Positions 1 through 13,595 of a DNA stretch of 64,000 nucleotides are shown here, piece by piece. Source of the stretch: Salpingoeca rosetta (Eukaryota; Protista; Choanoflagellata); the NCBI GenBank assembly GCA_033442325.1, contig JAWQFM010000001.1:1897479-1961478 (forward strand), given 5' to 3'. Every line of letters starts with the position of its first letter. The first letter of the stretch is position 1. The translations under genes were made by a program, and so were the position numbers. The notes under the pieces were generated by a model. It saw nothing but the letters and a program-made list of their open reading frames with translations. It was not told where the DNA came from and made no database searches.

Positions 1-200
1 ACGTGGGATGGTTGTTGATAACGACGGAACAAAGCTTGGAGAGATGAGTGTTGAAGAAGCAAGAAAGCTTGCTCACCAGCGGAACCTGGAGTTGCGGCTC
101 GTTCACAAGGCACCCCGCCACTCAAATAAGCCAGCCTTGGATGTATACCGCCTCGTTGACGCCAACCGTGAACGCAAGAAGCAAGAACAGGTGTATGTGT

Positions 201-257
<57 letters not shown>

Positions 258-1127
258 CTCGTTTCTGTACATGTGTGTGTGTGTGTGTACGAACACATGC
301 AAGCGTGCACATTTAGCAGCTGTGGTCGCTGGTCACTGCTATCCCCACATCCTTGTCATCTCTCTGCCCTCACACCTGCTTTGGCATTTGACATTTGGTA
401 GCGTGAGAGGCAGCAGGCAAGGCAGCGACGCGAACGTGCGCGTCAAGAAAAGGAACTGGCAAAGCTGACCAAAGAGGTCCAACTCTCTGGTAAGAAGCCC
501 ACCGGGCTGTGCCCGCCATCACGGCATGCTCTTCCCTTCCCCTCATTGCGCACCCACCCACCCACACACGAACACTTACGCATGCACACACATTCGCGCG
601 TGTTCGTGGCGCCGTGGTTCACGCTTCGTCCGTGCACTGGACCGCGCGCACCCTGCTTGGTTTCATTCGCTCATGTTCCTGCACGGGCGCTCGTGCTGTG
701 CTTGTAACCCAACAGCATGGTGTGGTGAACACGACCTGCAGGTCAAAGTGAAGCAAGCACACAAGTTCCTGAGTAAGGGGTTGCGAGTGCGTATCGTCAT
801 CAAGCATCGGCGTGGCCAGAAACTCGACAGAGACGTACGCTGCACTGTCATGTCTCACTGCTGCTGAGCGTGTTTGCCTTGCTGTACGTGTTGGAAAGAT
901 CATGTGAACCTCATCCCGCGTGCACTGCGAAACCGTGTCTCCTCCACTTACACCTCACACGCTTGTGTGGATTTGCGCTGTGGTCGTGCTGCGTGTACAG
1001 CAACAACAACAAGTGATTCATCAGGTACAGGAGCAGCTGGCAGATGTGGGCATTCCCCACGATGCACGGCAGCAAGGTCGGTCGTGGCGCTGAGCGGCAG
1101 ACTGTGTCCTTCATGCGACACAAGGCG

Positions 1128-1166
<39 letters not shown>

Positions 1167-1511
1167 CACACAGACACACACACACACAGGCACACAGACA
1201 AACACACCACACACACACGCACAGGCACGCGCACACACACGCACACATACACACACACGCACAGGCACGCACAGGTACACACAGACAAACAGACACACAC
1301 ACACACACGCACAGGCACGCACACACACACACACATACACACCCACGCACACACATACACTCACACCTCCCTCCCCCGCTCATCACTGCCTGGCCATTCC
1401 TTTTGCTCAACCACCGCAGGCGCTTTCATGGTATCCATGATTGACCCTCGCCCTCCCTCCGATGACGACGACGGCGAAGTTGATGATAGGGGAAGCGGCA
1501 GCTCGCAATGA
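1..1511 (+). CDS. Translation initiation factor IF-3-like (probably mitochondrial), 5'-truncated, spliced
   Basis: Exons ~1-190 ([33 protein letters not shown]3 N-domain), ~402-489 ([20 protein letters not shown]), ~717-834 ([26 protein letters not shown]3 C-domain), ~1025-1076 and 1420-1511. GT-AG introns; stop TGA at 1509-1511. Confidence 0.8.
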
Positions 1512-1748
1512 CATTCACGCGTGTTGTTCTGTGTTGTGGTGTGTGTGTGATATCTTCGAGTCGTGTTCAAGTTACATTCCATTAAAGATATGTGTGCCCA
1601 ATGTGTCACGTTTATGTACAGCCCAGCTGTTCACCGTGGACGAGCAAAGCAATGGATGGCTGGTGAAGTACAACACACACACACACACACACACAAATTC
1701 ATGGATGCTCCTCTCTTGGTAGCGGCCCTGTTGCGACCGTGGCCTTGT

Positions 1749-2131
1749 TTATGCTCCATCGTGAGCACACACCAGCATTGCGCACACGCTGCCTGGCCTG
1801 AGCGGTTGGCATTGCTTCACACCAACATTCCATTCCAAAAACATTGCGTCCGTCTCCTGCAACCACGCACATGCGTGTCAGAGACAAGGTGTAAGCAAGC
1901 CAACACGAGCCAGGGATGCTCAACACACACACACAGACTCCAGCGTGGACTTGAGGCACGGGATTTGACGCATGCACACACCTTGCAGGCGCCGCCCACG
2001 GTGCCAGCCCATCCGTTGCACCATTGCAGCACATCCCAGTCATGCCTGCGAGGTGCAGTGGCGTTGTTACAGACACATGAAAATGCATGAACATACGCGC
2101 ACAACAGCGCGCGCACACACACACACACACT

Positions 2132-2228
<97 letters not shown>

Positions 2229-2773
2229 TTCCACACACACACACACACACACGCACTCTGTCGGTTGCCGGTCGGTGTTTGCGGCGCTGCATCGCGGCGA
2301 GAGCAGGCGGATGGCAACACAGCCATCGCTGGTCGCGCCCGTGTTGTGCTTCTTGCGATCCAGAGGGCCCACGTGCAGCAACTGCACATGCGGCGGCAGC
2401 GGCGGACGCGTGCGCGCGTGCAGCTGTGCGGGCAGGCCATCCATCTCCTGTTCAAAGGCATGGGACGTGACAGGCGGGCTGAGCACCGCGCTGGCAAACT
2501 GCCGCTCGCGCGCCACAGCATCCGGTGATGTTGATGTGTGGGTGGGCAGCGTCTGCAACCACAGGTCGTGCACGGCAAAGGAAGGGTCATCCAAAGGCTC
2601 AACAAGACCGCGCTCATCGTCAACACCGGGGCGGCGGTGGAAGCCAAGCTCAAGCCCGTCCACCTGACCACAACACAAACAGTAACAGCGAGGCACCGTG
2701 GCAGAAGAGCGGCGTGTGTGTGCGAGTGTGTGTGAGCAAGTGTGTGTGTGTGTGTGTGTGCGTGTGTGTGAGC

Positions 2774-2808
<35 letters not shown>

Positions 2809-3056
2809 TGTGTGTGTGTGTGTGTGTGTGTGAGGAGTTGAGGACAGCGAGACCCAGTGCAAGGAAACAGCAAGAGATAGAGATCGTGTGTGGAAAGCGA
2901 GTCAACAACGCACAAAGGATACGGCACCGGTTGGGTGGGACGAGACAGCCATCAGCTGTTGCGTCATGCACGACTGTCCCGCCATCACGGGCACTGGCAT
3001 GTAGTTCCCGTTCACGAGCCTGAATGGGTCGGGGCACACGGCAGCGCGTGCATGCG

Positions 3057-3135
<79 letters not shown>

Positions 3136-5007
3136 TTTGTCTTGACGATGGAGTGTGCCATTGAACAGCAAACCCAAAGCACCCACCCACATCAACTGCA
3201 ACGACATCATTCAACCCCCAACCTGTGCATGACATGACGGTGATGCTCACGGACAACGAGATCATCCGTCCACAGTCCATTTGTAGATGGGATGCAGTAG
3301 TTGATGCCAATCCTGTCAACTCAACTCGTGGCAGCAGCATGAGGCGTAGTTGCTCCATTCTCACGTGTGTGAGAAGCAGAGCATATGTTCCCAAACATGC
3401 TTCTGCAAGCATGTTACCACACAGACACAGACACACACACACAGACAAACACACACAGACATACATACAGACAGACACACAGACATACAGACAGACAGAC
3501 AGACACACAACGCACACATACCGGGTGGAGAGTTGAGAAAAGCGAGGCAGGGAACCGGCAACCCGAAGCTGCAGCCCAGCAGTCTCATTGCCAACATGCA
3601 CTTGCCGAAGTTGCTGTGCACGATCCAGCGATGCGCACAAGTACATGAGTGGAGTGTAAAGGCAATACAGACACAAGGGAAGCAGGCTGCAACTCAACGT
3701 CGCAATCTCAACACACACACACATAGTGTGTAGTTTCTTTCAGCTGGCAAGCGGTGGGTGGCAGATACGCACCACGTGATGATGAGCGCTGGTGGAGATG
3801 TGGAAACGCGTCTGCAGCGGCCCTTGCTGCACGACAATATGCGACGTGTTGATAGGTATCGGTCTGCACGCAGGTCGGGCGATGGATGATGGTGATGTGA
3901 CATGATGACTACAAGTGGCGCTTACTTCGCACAACAGCAGCGCATCCCCATCTGCACACGCAAGCGCGTGCTCTCAGTCAGTCACAAACACACGCAAACA
4001 CATGCAAACACAAGCGCGTGCTCTCATTTCGCACACCCACACCCACACTCACACCCACACTCACACTCACAGTCACAGTCACAGTCACACTCACACTCAA
4101 ACCCTCCCTCTCCCTCACCACCACACTCACACCCACACCCACACGCAGGCATGACAACAACAATGCAATTTGCCACAAAACCTTGATTGGATGGACTGGG
4201 CGAGGAGCAGCCAGAGGCCAAACGCAATCGGGATGTGCAGGGATGCGTGAATGGCCATCCACAGCTTGTCAAGTGTCGCAACAACAACAGCACAGGCTGC
4301 GCCCACAAACAGCATCGTCACATGCGGCTGATCCACGCTGATTCTGCACCATCAACATGCACGCACGCATCACGTCAACCAAGTATGGCCCACAGTGAAA
4401 AGGCAAAGTATGCACAAAACACAGCGAGACGCAGCACCAGTGCACACATGTCGACTACGTGTGTGTCCCCACATTGGCGCGTACATGTAGAGGAGGAGGT
4501 GTCGTGGCAGCAGTCGCGGCAGTAGGAACAGCACGCTTCCGATGATCACACCACAACCCGTGGCCAACACAAGGTCTCTTCGCAATTGTCGCATTTCTGA
4601 GTGGTAGCAGCGCCACAAATAGGCAGGACATGTGTGATCAAAGTCAGTGCACGCAGGTATATCACCAAGCGAGAGGGAGGACGCGAAATGGCCAGTCGTG
4701 AGCGTGGCTCACGCGTGCGCTGGTCATGCAAGGTGTCAAAATCGCATTGCTCACGAATGGATGGGCGACGGCGCAGGAAGGAGAAGAGCGCACGCACGAC
4801 GCGCAGCGGTCGTGGGCCAGCGACAATGTCCCAGAAGCTGCGACTGAAGGAATCGAACAATCGGTGAACGACACAGCACACAGAGTACAGGCACAGCACA
4901 CAGATGAGAGGCAGTCCACACGAGCAAGAATGAAGGACCAAGGATGAAGGAAGGCGTTTCATGACACGCCCGCGTGTGTCAAGTTGTGTGTGTGTGTGTG
5001 TGTTAAG

Positions 5008-5051
<44 letters not shown>

Positions 5052-6687
5052 AAGGCCAACAAGTGTCACTCACTACGGTGCAAATGGTCTTCAGCTGTGG
5101 CGTTTGGTGTTACACTGACCGTAATGTGGTGACGGTGATGATGACCTTTGCAACGAGGAGAATCGGCAGCAATGCAAATCCCCATCCAAACCCAATCCAC
5201 ACCATCACGAATGTGAGGAGATATGAACGAAAGATGTACGCGCCTGACGAATAAGTTTCTGCAGCAAGAAAAGAGGGGAGGGGTACGGTATGTAGCGGTT
5301 GAGCAGTGATGATTTGTACTCATGGGGATGGGGAGATGGAAACAAGGGACTGCGCTGCACGAGGTACAGAGTCAATGCAGCACACGTGGTGAACCACCAC
5401 AAGGGGCGTTGATGTATGCATCATACCCATGTCTGCTGCCAGATATTCGCGAAACTGAATCGTGTATGCCTCGTTGGCGGATACGCCATCCTGGCTACCG
5501 GCCTGTCAGTTCATGCACAGGCAGTCACAGCTCATGAGAACACCAACAACAACAACAGCCAGAACAACACCTCAGGCAATACAACACACGCAAACTTACA
5601 CACACACGCACGCACACCCATTCACACCCATTCACACCCATTCACACACACACACACGCATTCACACACACACACACACGCATTCACACCCATTTACACA
5701 CATTCACACGCATTCACACACACACACACACACACGCAACCGAAGCATGCCAGCGGGAATGACCTGGTGGCGACGGAGTGTGCGGTGGACTTCAAGGGCG
5801 CCGTGCGAGCGTGTGTCAATCGCCATGGTGTGCGTTGGCGTTGTGATTGACACGTGGCCGCGTGTCTCCGTTTTGACACTGGAGACAAAGCATGGTGCAC
5901 TGCACTCGCTGACGGACGCGTCAGAGACGCAGATGGTCGTTGTTTGCAGCGGCTCAAGCACCATGGCCACCAACACCTCCACCACCTCCACGTCTTCACT
6001 GGGCTGCGAGCGCTGTCTGGGTCGTGCGTTGCCAGCGTTGGCCTTCTCGTCTTGAGCTGTCTTCCTCATTGTCTGCTGACGGCGCACACGGTCGTTCAGG
6101 GTGGGCCTGAAGAGAAGCGAGGGCTTGTGTGGTTTCGCCTCGTTTGGCACTGACATCGGGACTCCCAACAGCACCATATCGTCATCTTCACTGAACAAGC
6201 GTTGCGCCCGGCCACCAGCCCTTCCCGCGCTCGCTGCTCGTGCCTCTCGCTCCGTAACGGTGGACGCGGCGGCTTCACATACGCTCGTCCACAGCACCTG
6301 ACACTGCAGCTCGCTAGTGGTGGGAGCATCGCGTACACACAGCGTGCGGCCCACTCTCGACGCAACGAACAGCGGCACAGTGCGATTGACGCGCCACCCA
6401 AGCGGGTTGGTGACTGTGACGCACGGGCGCGCTGCGGCTTGCCCGGGCCGGCGTCGTGTCCATGTGCAGCAGCGGAGCTTCGCTCGCGTCCTCGTACGCG
6501 GTGTGCACGGCCTGCAGTTGGGCAATTGACGACAGCAATAGAGAACAAAAAACCCAGAGGACGATCGCGCTAGTATCGTTATTCCTTCTATAAACGTTTT
6601 TATGACATTTCCTTTTTGACATTATGGCGTATGCTGCCACGACCACCGAGATCGATTTGAGTATGTGATTTGCAGTTGTGTAAATAC

Positions 6688-6729
<42 letters not shown>

Positions 6730-7151
6730 GCGGGTGCGTGTGCGTGTGTGCGTGTGTGTGTGTGTGTGTGTGTTGCGGGTGTGTCATGTGAACATGTGAG
6801 TGTGGTGGGCCAAAGTGTAGATGAGGTATGGTGTTGAATCAAAGAATCAGCACCAGTGCCTTGAACACAAACAAACAGACAGACACACGCATAGACACAC
6901 GCACACACTCGCACGCACACACGTGTACGGGGACAGCACCTGTGATCGAAGGTCTGCGAGCTTGGCGAGGCCTTTCAGGCGCCAGTGTTGGGGCTGAGAC
7001 GATGCGGCTGAGGCAAATGGAAGATGTTGCAGTGCAGTGGCCGTAGTCGCCGCCTCTACTTGGTGTTGGGCTCGAACGATTAAACGCTTGAGCGTTGGCC
7101 GGGACCAGTAGAACCTAATCATCCAGCAGGTACCCGATGGCACGGGAGTGA

Positions 7152-7191
<40 letters not shown>

Positions 7192-9993
7192 GTGCGTGCG
7201 TGTGTGTGTAGCTATTTGTGTTTGTGTAGCTATGTGCAAGTGCACAGCACATCTGACCACAGTAGCAACAGCACTGTCGTGGACAACAAGTACCAGAACA
7301 GCAAGCGCACCCGCTCCAGTAGTTGTCGGTGGTCTTGTCCTCGTATGGAAAGAATCCTTGCTGGTGAACAATCCCTTTCATCTCTGTAAACCGTGCGTTC
7401 ACAGTCAAGGATGCGCTTGTGAGTTGCTCGGTTCGACAGAAAGTTTGGTTCACGACGGACGTTGCCATCGTCACGCAAGGAGATCGCTCGTCGGTCAAGT
7501 GTATCCAGACACATGCATTCAACCGACCAAGGTGTGGACGGGTGGCGCGAAAGTAGCGGGATGGCGTGCTCAGGCTGCACGTCACACCCACTGCCTCCTT
7601 ATTGGTAAGTGCTGCACATGACATGCAGTGCAGAAAGAGGACAAATTGGAAAAAAAAGGCACAGCATACGTACTGTGAAGACGATGAAGGGTGGAAGGTG
7701 GGGAGCTGCGAGCAAAGCAAAGGCCAAGCCAAAATACACGCACACGCACACACATACACACACGTACACACACATACACACACATACACACGCGTACGCA
7801 CATAGGTCAGGAGACATCAACAAGCAAGCAACCGGCACGGCACGCATGGTCTTGCTCATGCTCACCACAGAGGCGTTGGATGTTGGAGAAAATGCGCGAG
7901 GCCTGGCTTGAAAAGCTGTTGGGATATTAGCACATGCCGGCGATGGCAAGCAAAGTTTCAATGCCGCAACACAGGGCACATAGAGCAAGCTGCAACACTG
8001 AAGACAGAACACAGGGGTGTGGAGATGCAAACACAAAAACATAAACACGCAAACGCACGAACAACGAGACATCATACACAGCGATAGGACACGCACACCC
8101 AGAGGCGTGAATATGCCATGCACGGGCAAACACACCTGAAATCATCCCCAATGAGGAGGAGGATGTTGCCTGAGATGTATGATGAAGACCGCTCCTTTGC
8201 GATGCGCACCAGCTCCTGCACCGCTGCCCGTGTCACGCGAAAACCTTGGGCAGACAACGGCAACCAATGGATGCAACACACGTGAGCACACGTGCTACCA
8301 ACGCCGACTTTGTGCTGCGTGGAATGATTGGCCGCGTGCACCTCGTCGAGAAGACGTAAACGAATGTGGAGGCGGGGAAGCCGTTGAAAAGCGAATCAGG
8401 CAACGTCAGTGGCGCACGTACGTGGATCGATGAGACGCAGGGAGCGGGGACAGTCGTAGTGGTCAAACAGCATATGCGCAGCAACATGCCCATCCAAGGC
8501 ATGGGTCTGACAACAAGAAAGGGGTGTGCATGTGGATGTGTGTGATGTGTGTGGGTGATGTTCCGTGCGCGCGTGCGTGTGGATGGTCGTGCACACGTGC
8601 ATACCTGCATATTTGTGTGGGTGGATGCATTGTGGGTGGTCGTACACACGCGCGCAGATTCATCTCTGAGTGTGAGCATGTCTTTTGAGCGTTGTTGTGT
8701 TGTTGCGAATACCTGCCAGTAGAAGTCCAGCTTGTGATCGGCTTTGAACCTCGCCTTGATGCTGTGGTGCACTCGTCCGATGATGACATGCTCATACCTG
8801 CACGATCGAGGCGGTGGCACAGCAGGTGCGTGATCGTGTCATGGAATTGCGAGAGAAGAAGCAAGAGTAACAGAGGACTTGTGCGAAACACACGGGGCAT
8901 CACAGGCGTGTTGATGATTGGCTGCCTCACCCCATGGCTGAAAAAATGCCAGGCGAAGCAGCAGCATAGCCGAATGGATCGAGCTGGCACGCTGTCCTTG
9001 GTCGAATACCAAACTCTTCCTGCAAGTACATCAGCCCTGCCAGTGACACGCGAGTAACAGCGGTTCCGGTAGTTGTTTTGGAAACGAGACAAAACAAGGT
9101 CATCGTCAGCGGCACAGGGCTGCGCTTGGCGCACGTCTGCAACTCAAATCTGCAGACACACACACACATACACACGCGGACATGTATGCATACACACATA
9201 CACACACAGACACACACACGCAAACACAGAAACAAACACACACACATACAAACAAACAAACAAACAAACACACACACGCACGAGCGCCCACCTTGATCGT
9301 GAATGTCCATGATGGGTTCGATGCGCGAGGCTGCTTCATCGTGAGAGACCAAACCACCAGAACAGAACTCCAGTTGCCCCGATGCAACCACGCTGTGTGT
9401 GAGGTGCCTCCAGGGCGTGCCCGTGCCTTGTGTTGGGGCCGTCTTCTCCCCTCGTTGAGCAAGCCAACGCCGCAAGAACACCGTCTCCGTCCACATGAAC
9501 GTCCGCCTCCTGTCCTCGTGCAATGCCAGCACCACCCCTTCCAAGATGCTGTTCACCTGTCGCGTGCATGTGAATATGAGCGAGACGAAGCGGCATGGAT
9601 GGGGCTGGTAGACATGGGCGCACAACTACAGGGAGGTAGTGGGGAAACGTGCGCAGAGGGAGAGAGAGACAGTTGACAGGTGACAGTTGACAGACAGACA
9701 GACACACACACACACACAGACACACACAGACAGACACACACAGACACAGACAGACGGACACACACACAGACACACACCTTGCTTTGGTACTGATCGAGAG
9801 TTGCGAGCCAGCCATGATCAACATGGGAGTGTGGAACAATGTGAACGTGGATATGTTCAGTGGCTCCTGCTTCAATCGGCGTGCCCGGTTCTCCTTCTAC
9901 GCACGCCACCACCACCACCAACAACAATAGCAGCGATGTCACCAACACTGCAACAGGCAGCCGCCAACCACGTGCAGCATCCCCCGTCAGCAT
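1749..9993 (-). CDS. GH38 (class II) alpha-mannosidase, multi-exon, N-terminal signal/anchor
   Basis: ATG 9993 followed by hydrophobic VAVLVTSLLLLLVVVVA. Motifs: VHIVPHSHVDHGW (Zn-binding), RRRTFMWTETVFLRRW, GQLEFCSGGLVSHDEA, FGIRPRTACQLDPFGY (nucleophile region), IGRVHHSIK, LLLIGDDF, FFPYEDKTTDNYWSG, RLVNGNYMP, DGLELGFHRRPGVDDERGLVEPLDD. The 3' end is approximate. Confidence 0.88.
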
Positions 9994-10794
9994 CGTCGTC
10001 AGCGCTGATATTCCCTGCTGCCAGTTTTTTTCGCTGTCCTCCTTTGCAGTTTTGTGTTGTGTGCGTGTGATGACAGATGTGTAGTAGATGTGTGACATGA
10101 CAGTTGAGAGACCACACATTCACTCCTGCTCCGTGTCACGATCACCGTGATTGATTTGACACCAAATGTGTGTAATTTGGGATCCTCTTCTCGTTACGCT
10201 TCCACCATCACATACAGAGACGCGGTCAGGAGGCCGCAGGAAGGATGGATGGAAACGCAACAGCAACAGTCGATCAACAGGGTAGGGTAGGAAGGAAAGC
10301 AAAGGGGAAGAAAAAACAACGCAACCAACACACACACTGCAGCACTGTCAACAAATGGAGACAGCGCATGCAGTGTGGTAACTGAACACACACACACACA
10401 CACACACACAACGCAGCACACACACTGCAACGCTGTCAACAAGGACAGCGAGTACAGTATGGTAACTGAACACACACACACGCCCACTCATGGAAGCATG
10501 GACCTTACCCATGCCTCGTACACAACTCCATACTTGCAATGTCAAAGCATACAGTTCATGACCCTCCACGTCATCAAAATGCGATACGTGAAGGACATGA
10601 GCTTGACGCTGTGGCACGAACAAGAATGAGAAGGGTTCTAGGCAACCGTTGGGGAGTATGTCCATGCTTCAACGCTCACTCACAACAAAAAGAAACGAGG
10701 AAGGATCGAAGAAGAGGATTCAACCAAAGGAAACAAGCATGCGGTCACAGTTGTGATCCACACGCAAAGAAGAAGGGGGTGGATTGACGTGAGG

Positions 10795-12357
10795 TCAATC
10801 CTGTTTGGCCCGCTTGGTGGACGGGACGTCCGTGTCGTCGACGGGCGAGCCAAAAGCCAAGCGAGTGCGGCGGACGGCCTGCGAGTACTTTGGGTCGCGC
10901 TTGACACCTTTGGGCACCATGCGCTTGATGGCGTTGTACTGGGCGCCGGAGATGTAGTTGATGATGTTCTGGATCTCATTCTTGGAGTTGCACTGCTTCA
11001 GGATGTACTGCAAAGTGCCCTTCTCGCGCTGAGTCGGCGAGCGGTTGGCCGCGACGAAGCGCATGATACGCAGGATGTTGTCTTTGTCAGCGCAACCGAG
11101 CTGATCGCACAGGAGCTGCAGACGACGCACAAACTCGGTTGAGGCCAGTGCAGCTAGCAGGGAAGCAACGTGCTCCACAGGGCCGTCCAGGACTGGAGGT
11201 GTACGCGACACTTCGGGCTGGGCTGGCAGCTGGTACTGGGGTGGCAGCTCGGAGAAGATGGATTGGAGGTGGGCCAGGCTGTGGACCAGGCTGCCATCTG
11301 CGTTCGATGGAAAGCCTGTGATCTCGTGCAGGATGAAGCGAGCAACAGCACGAAGGTTGACGCCTGCTTCCACGTCGGCAGGGCGCTTCTTGCGGGAGAC
11401 ATGTCCGTCCTTGTTCTTCTGTTGCGCGCGAACGAGAAGCACTTCACCGCTCAGCCACGCCAAACATGGAATGATTTCGAGAAACTCGGACGAAAAGCGA
11501 ATGTTGTGTGGCGGTGCCTGCAGCTTGGCCACCAGGTCCACCTGGCCTTCGGGTGCTGCCATCAGTACAGCTAACTCCAAATCCGCCACGGTCGGTGGGA
11601 ACGGAGCTTGAGGGCTCGCCTCACTGCTGCTGCTGCTTGTCGTGCTGGCCGGAGACAAGGGCGAAGAGAGCCACGCCGTACTCGAAGTCGGCGTACTTGG
11701 TGTCGATGACATGTCGTCATAGACTTGATCCTGCGGCGTGAACGTGGGCGTGTAGGCGAGCTCTCGGTCTTGCTGCGGCATGAAGAAGCCAGGCGCTTGA
11801 TCCTGCGGCGGCTGCGTGTAGGCGAGCTCTCGGTCTTGCTGCGGCATGAAGAAGCCAGGCGCTTGATCCTGCGGCGGCTGCGTGTAGGCGAGCTCTCGGT
11901 CTTGTTGCGGCTGCATGTAGGCGAGCTCTTGGACCTGTGCCGTTGGCTGTTGCGGCGACGTCATTGGCGGAATGAGCGGCGTAGTAGGTGTCACCGGTGA
12001 TGGGGCTTCACAACTGGAGAAGGGTCTGCCGCTGGAAACAGAAGAACCATCAGACAGGGACTGCTGCAGGTGCTGGTCACTGGGCATGAAGAGCTGATCA
12101 ACGTCGTCCACGTCGTACGGCAGGGAAAAACGCAGACCTTCAGCTTCTCCAGCAAGCAGGGATGGAGAGCCTTGGGTGCCATCAGTGCCGTCGACGTTTG
12201 GCTGTCCTTGCTGTGCTGGCTGTCCACCCATCATGGGTAAGTCTGAGCTGTCCGCAAAGGCAGCATTGGGGATGGGTGCCTGCAGGTCGCCTTGGAAGAG
12301 GTCTGCCAAAGACGGTGGAAAAGCATCGAGAAAGCCATCGGGCCAGGGCTGCTCCAT
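10795..12357 (-). CDS. Intronless hypothetical protein (~520 aa): acidic/Pro/Gln/Ser-rich N-half with 22-aa tandem repeat, globular-looking basic C-half
   Basis: Uninterrupted ORF free of microsatellites (track 10795..12534; likely start MEQPW at 12357). Basic clusters SRKKRP and KRAK. Confidence 0.75.
   Translation of the reverse strand: MEQPWPDGFLDAFPPSLADLFQGDLQAPIPNAAFADSSDLPMMGGQPAQQGQPNVDGTDGTQGSPSLLAGEAEGLRFSLPYDVDDVDQLFMPSDQHLQQSLSDGSSVSSGRPFSSCEAPSPVTPTTPLIPPMTSPQQPTAQVQELAYMQPQQDRELAYTQPPQDQAPGFFMPQQDRELAYTQPPQDQAPGFFMPQQDRELAYTPTFTPQDQVYDDMSSTPSTPTSSTAWLSSPLSPASTTSSSSSEASPQAPFPPTVADLELAVLMAAPEGQVDLVAKLQAPPHNIRFSSEFLEIIPCLAWLSGEVLLVRAQQKNKDGHVSRKKRPADVEAGVNLRAVARFILHEITGFPSNADGSLVHSLAHLQSIFSELPPQYQLPAQPEVSRTPPVLDGPVEHVASLLAALASTEFVRRLQLLCDQLGCADKDNILRIMRFVAANRSPTQREKGTLQYILKQCNSKNEIQNIINYISGAQYNAIKRMVPKGVKRDPKYSQAVRRTRLAFGSPVDDTDVPSTKRAKQD
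11749..11929 (-). repeat. Coding 66-bp tandem repeat (QQDRELAYTQPPQDQAPGFFMP), ~2.5 copies
   Basis: cgtgtaggcgagctctcggtcttg recurs at 11749, 11815 and 11881, with a partial copy at ~11916. Confidence 0.9.
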
Positions 12358-12805
12358 CTTGATGTTGGTGCTGGTGCTTTTGGGGATGCGTGATGTATCT
12401 GTGGGTACGCGCTCTGTCTCTCTGTCTCTGTCTGCAAGCCTGCAGGACGGCGGCGGCGACGACGACGGCAGATGGCAGCAAAGCCGCAAATGAAAAAATG
12501 GCCTGCGACGGAGTGGTTGCTGGATCCACCGCAAGGGAATTTTTGTTGCCCTTTGTTCCTTGTGGCTTTTGTCGTTGGCTTCTTTGTTGTTTTTTTGGGG
12601 TTGTTTCTCCCATCCGCCGAAAAATTATCCAGTGTCAGTGCCACTCCCTCGTCAACATCTTCCAGTTTATTTCCGCAATGACAAAAATAAACGTCACATC
12701 ATGTCACATCACATCAAATCCAAACCGACGAAAGAAAAAGAAAAAGAAGCAACGATGCAAAAAAGACACCAAAAATTGTGGTCGTCACCCTTCCCTTCCT
12801 TTCCT

Positions 12806-13558
12806 TCACGAGGCGTCTGGGGTGACGAGGGCGGCGAGGACGTCGCTGAGGGACACAATGCGCAGGAGGTTGCCTTGCTCGTCCTCCACGTAGATGCGGT
12901 GGATGCGTGAGATGGACATGCGCTGCACCACAATGTCCATGGTGGTGCTGGTCTTGCACGTGATGGCAGGCACCATCTCGTCACGCACTGTCGGAGGAAA
13001 GGGTGTTTGGGTTGGTTGTGTATGTGCGTGTATGTGCGTGTGCGTGTGTGCGTGAGTGTGAGTGAGCGAATACCACCACGAGTACAAGCAGTCAAACATG
13101 GACAGGTGTGTCCTCACAGAACTAGCCCATCAACAACTTAAACAACAACAACAACAACAACAACAACTTAAACAACAACAACAACAACAACTACTTAAAT
13201 AACTTAAACAACAACAACTTAAACAACAACAGCAACAACAACTACTTAAATAACTTAAACAACAACAACTACTTAAATAACAACAACAAACACCGACGAC
13301 GACGACACACCAGGGCGCACGCAAGCACACAAAACAAAACGGCACGCACTTGTATCTGGGACAACGGTGGTGAGGAATTCGGTGACGGGCCGCTTGAGGG
13401 TGCGGTAAGAGGCAGGGTTGCTGATGAGGTCGCGGAGACTGCGCACACTCACATTGCCCAAGATCCGGTTCTCATCGTCAAGCACAGGCATCGCAGACAC
13501 CTCCTGCACCCAAAAGCCAAGGACAGGGGATGGGGAAGAGAAATGTGAGTGTGTGTGA

Positions 13559-13595
<37 letters not shown>

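Noticed and set aside
1817-3724. 635-aa minus-strand ORF
   Set aside because: Read-through of mannosidase introns and out-of-frame exons, dominated by repeats.
11749-11929. Possible CRISPR-like array
   Set aside because: Tandem in-frame coding duplication with no unique spacers, no cas genes and a eukaryotic context.
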